Assembly: GCA_030704615.1 (NCBI GenBank)
Contig: CM060733.1
Span: 36,394,001-36,458,000 of the forward strand
Length of the DNA: 64,000 bases
Source of the DNA: Takakia lepidozioides
Lineage: Eukaryota > Plantae > Bryophyta
Direction: 5' to 3'
This document shows positions 60,283-64,000 of this stretch, piece by piece (position 1 is the first letter of the stretch; every line of letters begins with the position of its first letter). A program made the position numbers and the translations under genes. Below the pieces are notes generated by a model. That model saw only the letters and a list, made by a program, of their open reading frames with translations, ran no database searches and was not told the origin of the DNA.

Positions 60283-63200
60283 AAGGCGGGCCCATTAATG
60301 AATACGGAAAAAGGGAAACGGAACGAACGGCAAGTACAGAAAAGCCGAATTCATGTCGCATGTGTGATCCTAGTGGACTATCCAACAGGGAAAGTCCACT
60401 AAAGAAGATAAAAGTTAAAATCCAGTCACAGCAGAAACAGCCAATAGAAAACCAGAGAAATGATCAAGAAAATGGAGGGAAATTGAGCGCAAGAGGCGGC
60501 GTCGTTCTGAGTAACGGGCGTCTCGACAGGACAGGCCATAAATGCTATAACTTGGAAACTATGGAGGAACTAACAGACTATACGCTCGCAATATTACTTA
60601 CGCAGTGGCATAGACACGAAATGACAGAGCAGACCTTTTCTCTTGAGCAATGCTTGCAAGCCCCGCAGGCTTACAAGAGATTACCCATAGCTTTCTGCGG
60701 CAACCATACGTTTCTGCTTTGTGCACTACAGGCATTCCTGCAGTTGTTACAGCCAAAGCAGTTCTGTGAGTCTAAGATGAAGAGAGTGAGAGGAATGGAG
60801 GAAATCAGGGTGAAGAGCACCACAATTCTGCAGAAACAAACGATGGCTACCCCACAGGCGATAAAGATACTGGAGGAGCTGAGATTGGAAGGATTGCAAA
60901 GTCTAGATTGGACACTACACCATAGACAGTACATGTTACAATTTTTGCAGAACTTTGAGCCAAGGACAGGAACAACAACGGTGAAGGGAGTTGAATTAAT
61001 GATTACTCCCCTATACCTCCAGCAATTGTTTCAATTGCCAGCAGGTCAGGTGCATGTGGGGGAACACAGGGCAAGACTGCAAATAGGGGACTTATTCCAA
61101 GAAGGGAGTTTCTTTAAAACTCAGGGTTATGCTTGTACCAAAGCTGTGTACCCAGGGTTAAAAGAGATAGGCCAGGTATTGAACGTTCTGTTTGCCCTGA
61201 AACAGAACCAACAATATTTGAGCAGATCCTTCACAGAGGAAATACTCAAAGGCCTGAAGGGACAAGAGGTACAATGGGCGGACATTATGTACAACGCACT
61301 AGTAGAGGAGATGAAAAGATTACAAGGTACTACCGCAAAGTCTCCTATCATAGTGTCTGGCCCAATCATTGCTCAAATAATCCTTAATTCTGGCATACTT
61401 AATGCACAAGAAAGGAAGGAAATGGGAGTGTTTGAGCCAGAAACAACTGCAATGGAAGAGCAAGGCTCTTCACACAGTGAGGGTGGACTAGCAGCACAAC
61501 CCGAGACTAAGAGGCAGAGAAGGGGAAAGACTGTAGTGGCGGATCCACTGGCTTCACGGATTCCGCATGATAATGTTTCCCAAGCTCATGACCAGGAAGG
61601 GGCACAGCAGCACAAAAGAATGTTATTACTAGAAGCAGGACCTTCAGAGAGGGAGGAGGAAGTTACTTCTGCATCACAGCCAACACAGCCACTTGAACGA
61701 CTTGTCACAAGGTCACAAGTTATCCATGCAGCTCAACCCGAAATAATTGATTTGGAAAGTGAAGGGATAGAGATTCCAACTACAGAACAGATAGTGGCAG
61801 AAATAGAGAAAGGGGACCTTCTCTATGAATATTCTGGTCTGGTCAAGGAGACAGAAATCCCAGAGGTGCAACAGTTGCCCAAGGGAAATCCTGAGGTGCA
61901 TATAATGCACACACCTGTGTTGGAGGTACCACAGGCGGAAGGTCATGACACTGTAACACCAGTCATAGATGAAGTAGTTCAGGAAGAAAATCCGGTGGGA
62001 CAATGGCCTGAATGGTTAGTGAGACATCATACTGTTGAAGATCGGGAGGAACAGCAGCAACCTCACCATGATGACCCTCAACAGGCAATGCTGATGAGTT
62101 CCATAGGCAGGACACTTAATTTGTTGGGGACTTATGTCAAATCCCATGTTCCAATTACCCAATTGACAGCCTTGAAAGAGGAACTCAGGAAGGAGTTTGA
62201 GGCTCGACTTGCCACTGAGTGTGCAAACAAGGTCGATGAAGAGGTCACTCTCAAGATGAAGCAGGACTTGGGCAATACAGAAATGGCTTTGCAGTTGGCC
62301 AAGCAACAATTGATTGAGGCAAACCTCGCGCAAGACCAGTTGCACGAAGCACATAAGCAACAGCTATACCAAATGCAGGTGCAGCATGAAAGCAAGTTGC
62401 AAGAACTGAATGCACTACATACGGAGTTGCAGACAGTGCATAACAGGATGGCGATACAATGTGCTACATTTACAACTATGCTTGACCAATCAACAAAAGA
62501 AATAAACAGTCAAGCGGAAAAATGTACGAAGGCAGAAGAAGAGAATGTTGAGCAAATGAAGCTCATTGTCGATATGAAGAATACAATCTGTCGCCATGAA
62601 GATACTTTCAAGCAATACAGGCAGAGGGAAGCTGATCAAGAGAAACACATCGTGGAGTTGCAACAAACCATCGTGGCCAATAGAAATGAAATCGCGGTCA
62701 GTAACAAGGCTTGGAAGGAAGCCAATAATCTACTTGCTGCCTATGCGCAATTGGTTGAGCCACAGGCGAAGCGCATGGAGGCTTTACAACAGCAGTTGGA
62801 ATTGTACAAGCTAAGAGAAGAGCAAACTCTCAGGGGAACCACAAGCAGCTTGGTGGATAACAGCCTTATGCAGGTCTGGTTAGCACAAGGGCCAGTAGAG
62901 GGCAAAAGCCCACGGAAGCTCACCCAAAGCGAGATGAATGAGCTCAGACTGCAGGTGCAGAACATTGCCACAACTACTATAGACAATGTCTATAGTAGGA
63001 TAGCAGAGTTACAAGAGGATGTAGACGGACTCCAGACTCAAGTGGAAGACCTCACTTCAAACATCGACCAAAGAGTCTATATCCCTCAAGAACAGCTAAT
63101 GGCTTCTTATTTGCAAGCCAGAACTCTGGCTTTTCAGTCTTCACAGGAGGTGCAGGAGATGCCAATGATACAGGAGCCAGTACCACCACCACCACAACAG

Positions 63201-63755
63201 GTCAGTGTACCAGTAGCTGAACCTGTGGTTACTACAACCACACCACAGCCACCACAGCCGGAGGTATGGGGCAATGTCGCTTTTAACCCACCTAAAACTC
63301 CAGCTGCAAGGGAGTACAGCAGGGCTATGCTTATGCCCTTCAACCAAATTCCCATCATGTTGGATTTGGCTTGGAAAGAATTTAGTCCTCCGCAGTCATT
63401 CGCACATTACTACCAAATCATGCGTATTTGGCTGCCAGTGGCAACTAGGACTAAAGTTCTTCCAAACAATCGACATATTGAAGATCATCACTTTGCACAA
63501 TACTGGCACGAGGCAGGTACCATGTTGAGGGAATTGGTTGCTTTCCAGGTTGTACATGGACTCATTTATACCAAGACCAAGGAGATAGCAAGTATTGTCA
63601 TGGGGTGCGGGCTATACTACGCTGCTTGTTTTCTGGTACGTTACCACATTGAGCAACAAAAGATGCAAACACGCTTTCAAAGTTACTCCAGTGGAGATCA
63701 TTGGGTATTACCTTCGGTGCCACCTCATATGTACCTATATGACCCAAAGTTATGA
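60147..63755 (+). CDS. 3' extra (env-position) ORF, 1202 aa: plant-retroelement accessory-type N-domain, acidic linker, long coiled coil, unknown C-domain
   Basis: Open 3.6 kb, with homologues in copy B and at 600-2987. Likely start at ATG 60561 (MEELTDY, conserved in B). A 1-nt frameshift near 63750 truncates a longer C-terminus. Confidence 0.85.
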   Translation: MDDGRGNGNYFKNRHVEVRVRHTAENEVQGQVSKRKRKERPSNGMKGGPINEYGKRETERTASTEKPNSCRMCDPSGLSNRESPLKKIKVKIQSQQKQPIENQRNDQENGGKLSARGGVVLSNGRLDRTGHKCYNLETMEELTDYTLAILLTQWHRHEMTEQTFSLEQCLQAPQAYKRLPIAFCGNHTFLLCALQAFLQLLQPKQFCESKMKRVRGMEEIRVKSTTILQKQTMATPQAIKILEELRLEGLQSLDWTLHHRQYMLQFLQNFEPRTGTTTVKGVELMITPLYLQQLFQLPAGQVHVGEHRARLQIGDLFQEGSFFKTQGYACTKAVYPGLKEIGQVLNVLFALKQNQQYLSRSFTEEILKGLKGQEVQWADIMYNALVEEMKRLQGTTAKSPIIVSGPIIAQIILNSGILNAQERKEMGVFEPETTAMEEQGSSHSEGGLAAQPETKRQRRGKTVVADPLASRIPHDNVSQAHDQEGAQQHKRMLLLEAGPSEREEEVTSASQPTQPLERLVTRSQVIHAAQPEIIDLESEGIEIPTTEQIVAEIEKGDLLYEYSGLVKETEIPEVQQLPKGNPEVHIMHTPVLEVPQAEGHDTVTPVIDEVVQEENPVGQWPEWLVRHHTVEDREEQQQPHHDDPQQAMLMSSIGRTLNLLGTYVKSHVPITQLTALKEELRKEFEARLATECANKVDEEVTLKMKQDLGNTEMALQLAKQQLIEANLAQDQLHEAHKQQLYQMQVQHESKLQELNALHTELQTVHNRMAIQCATFTTMLDQSTKEINSQAEKCTKAEEENVEQMKLIVDMKNTICRHEDTFKQYRQREADQEKHIVELQQTIVANRNEIAVSNKAWKEANNLLAAYAQLVEPQAKRMEALQQQLELYKLREEQTLRGTTSSLVDNSLMQVWLAQGPVEGKSPRKLTQSEMNELRLQVQNIATTTIDNVYSRIAELQEDVDGLQTQVEDLTSNIDQRVYIPQEQLMASYLQARTLAFQSSQEVQEMPMIQEPVPPPPQQVSVPVAEPVVTTTTPQPPQPEVWGNVAFNPPKTPAAREYSRAMLMPFNQIPIMLDLAWKEFSPPQSFAHYYQIMRIWLPVATRTKVLPNNRHIEDHHFAQYWHEAGTMLRELVAFQVVHGLIYTKTKEIASIVMGCGLYYAACFLVRYHIEQQKMQTRFQSYSSGDHWVLPSVPPHMYLYDPKL

Positions 63756-64000
63756 TGCAGAAGGATTCTCAAATTCGTTCATGGTTTCAAGCAGCCTGCA
63801 ACCATTGTCAACACAGAAATTCGGACTTGATGACATTTTCTATAAGGGACATGTGGCATGGAAGTACTTGCACGCTGCACCAGTAATTGGTACCCACTCA
63901 TCTGGACAGACAAGGAGCTCAGTGCCTACACCAATTTTGCTGTTCAGCGGTTACACCAAGTTGTAAAATACAAACTTCCAGACATGGTAGGACAGCATTG

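Larger units (their letters stand above)
52707..64000 (+). mobile_element. Three-ORF Gypsy element copy C (runs off the window before the 3' LTR)
   Basis: LTR, PBS, ORF0, gag-pol and 3' ORF. Confidence 0.95.

Noticed and set aside
60147-63755. Bona fide viral envelope glycoprotein
   Set aside because: No evident signal peptide, furin site plus fusion peptide, or C-terminal TM anchor; called env-position only.

Overview
Eukaryotic, plant-type repeat-rich DNA (probably a non-seed land plant; inferred, not proven) with one intact host gene, LIP5/VTA1 (6 exons, 23810-28168, 456 aa). The rest is mostly nested transposable elements. (i) Three or four pieces of one non-chromovirus Ty3/Gypsy family with a three-ORF layout: an LTR/PBS-spanning ORF0, a gag-pol, and a >1200-aa sense 3' ORF with a coiled coil. 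(ii) A Mutator-like element whose transposase has a GCM-type two-zinc DNA-binding domain. Beside it lies a CRISPR-like array of ~33 conserved 26-bp palindromes spaced 53 bp apart, each made of two inverted ATGCGG (GCM-core-like) half-sites. (iii) A second SWIM-MULE with a Ulp1 protease fragment. (iv) A CACTA element whose TnpA-like gene appears spliced in frame to an FCP1/NIF phosphatase-like domain. (v) A Gypsy whose integrase ends in a PHD finger. (vi) LINE fragments, a 1.3-kb foldback element and a MITE. A 500-N gap lies at 9981-10480, and many single-base frameshifts may be assembly errors. All domain calls come from motif recognition by eye, not database searches.
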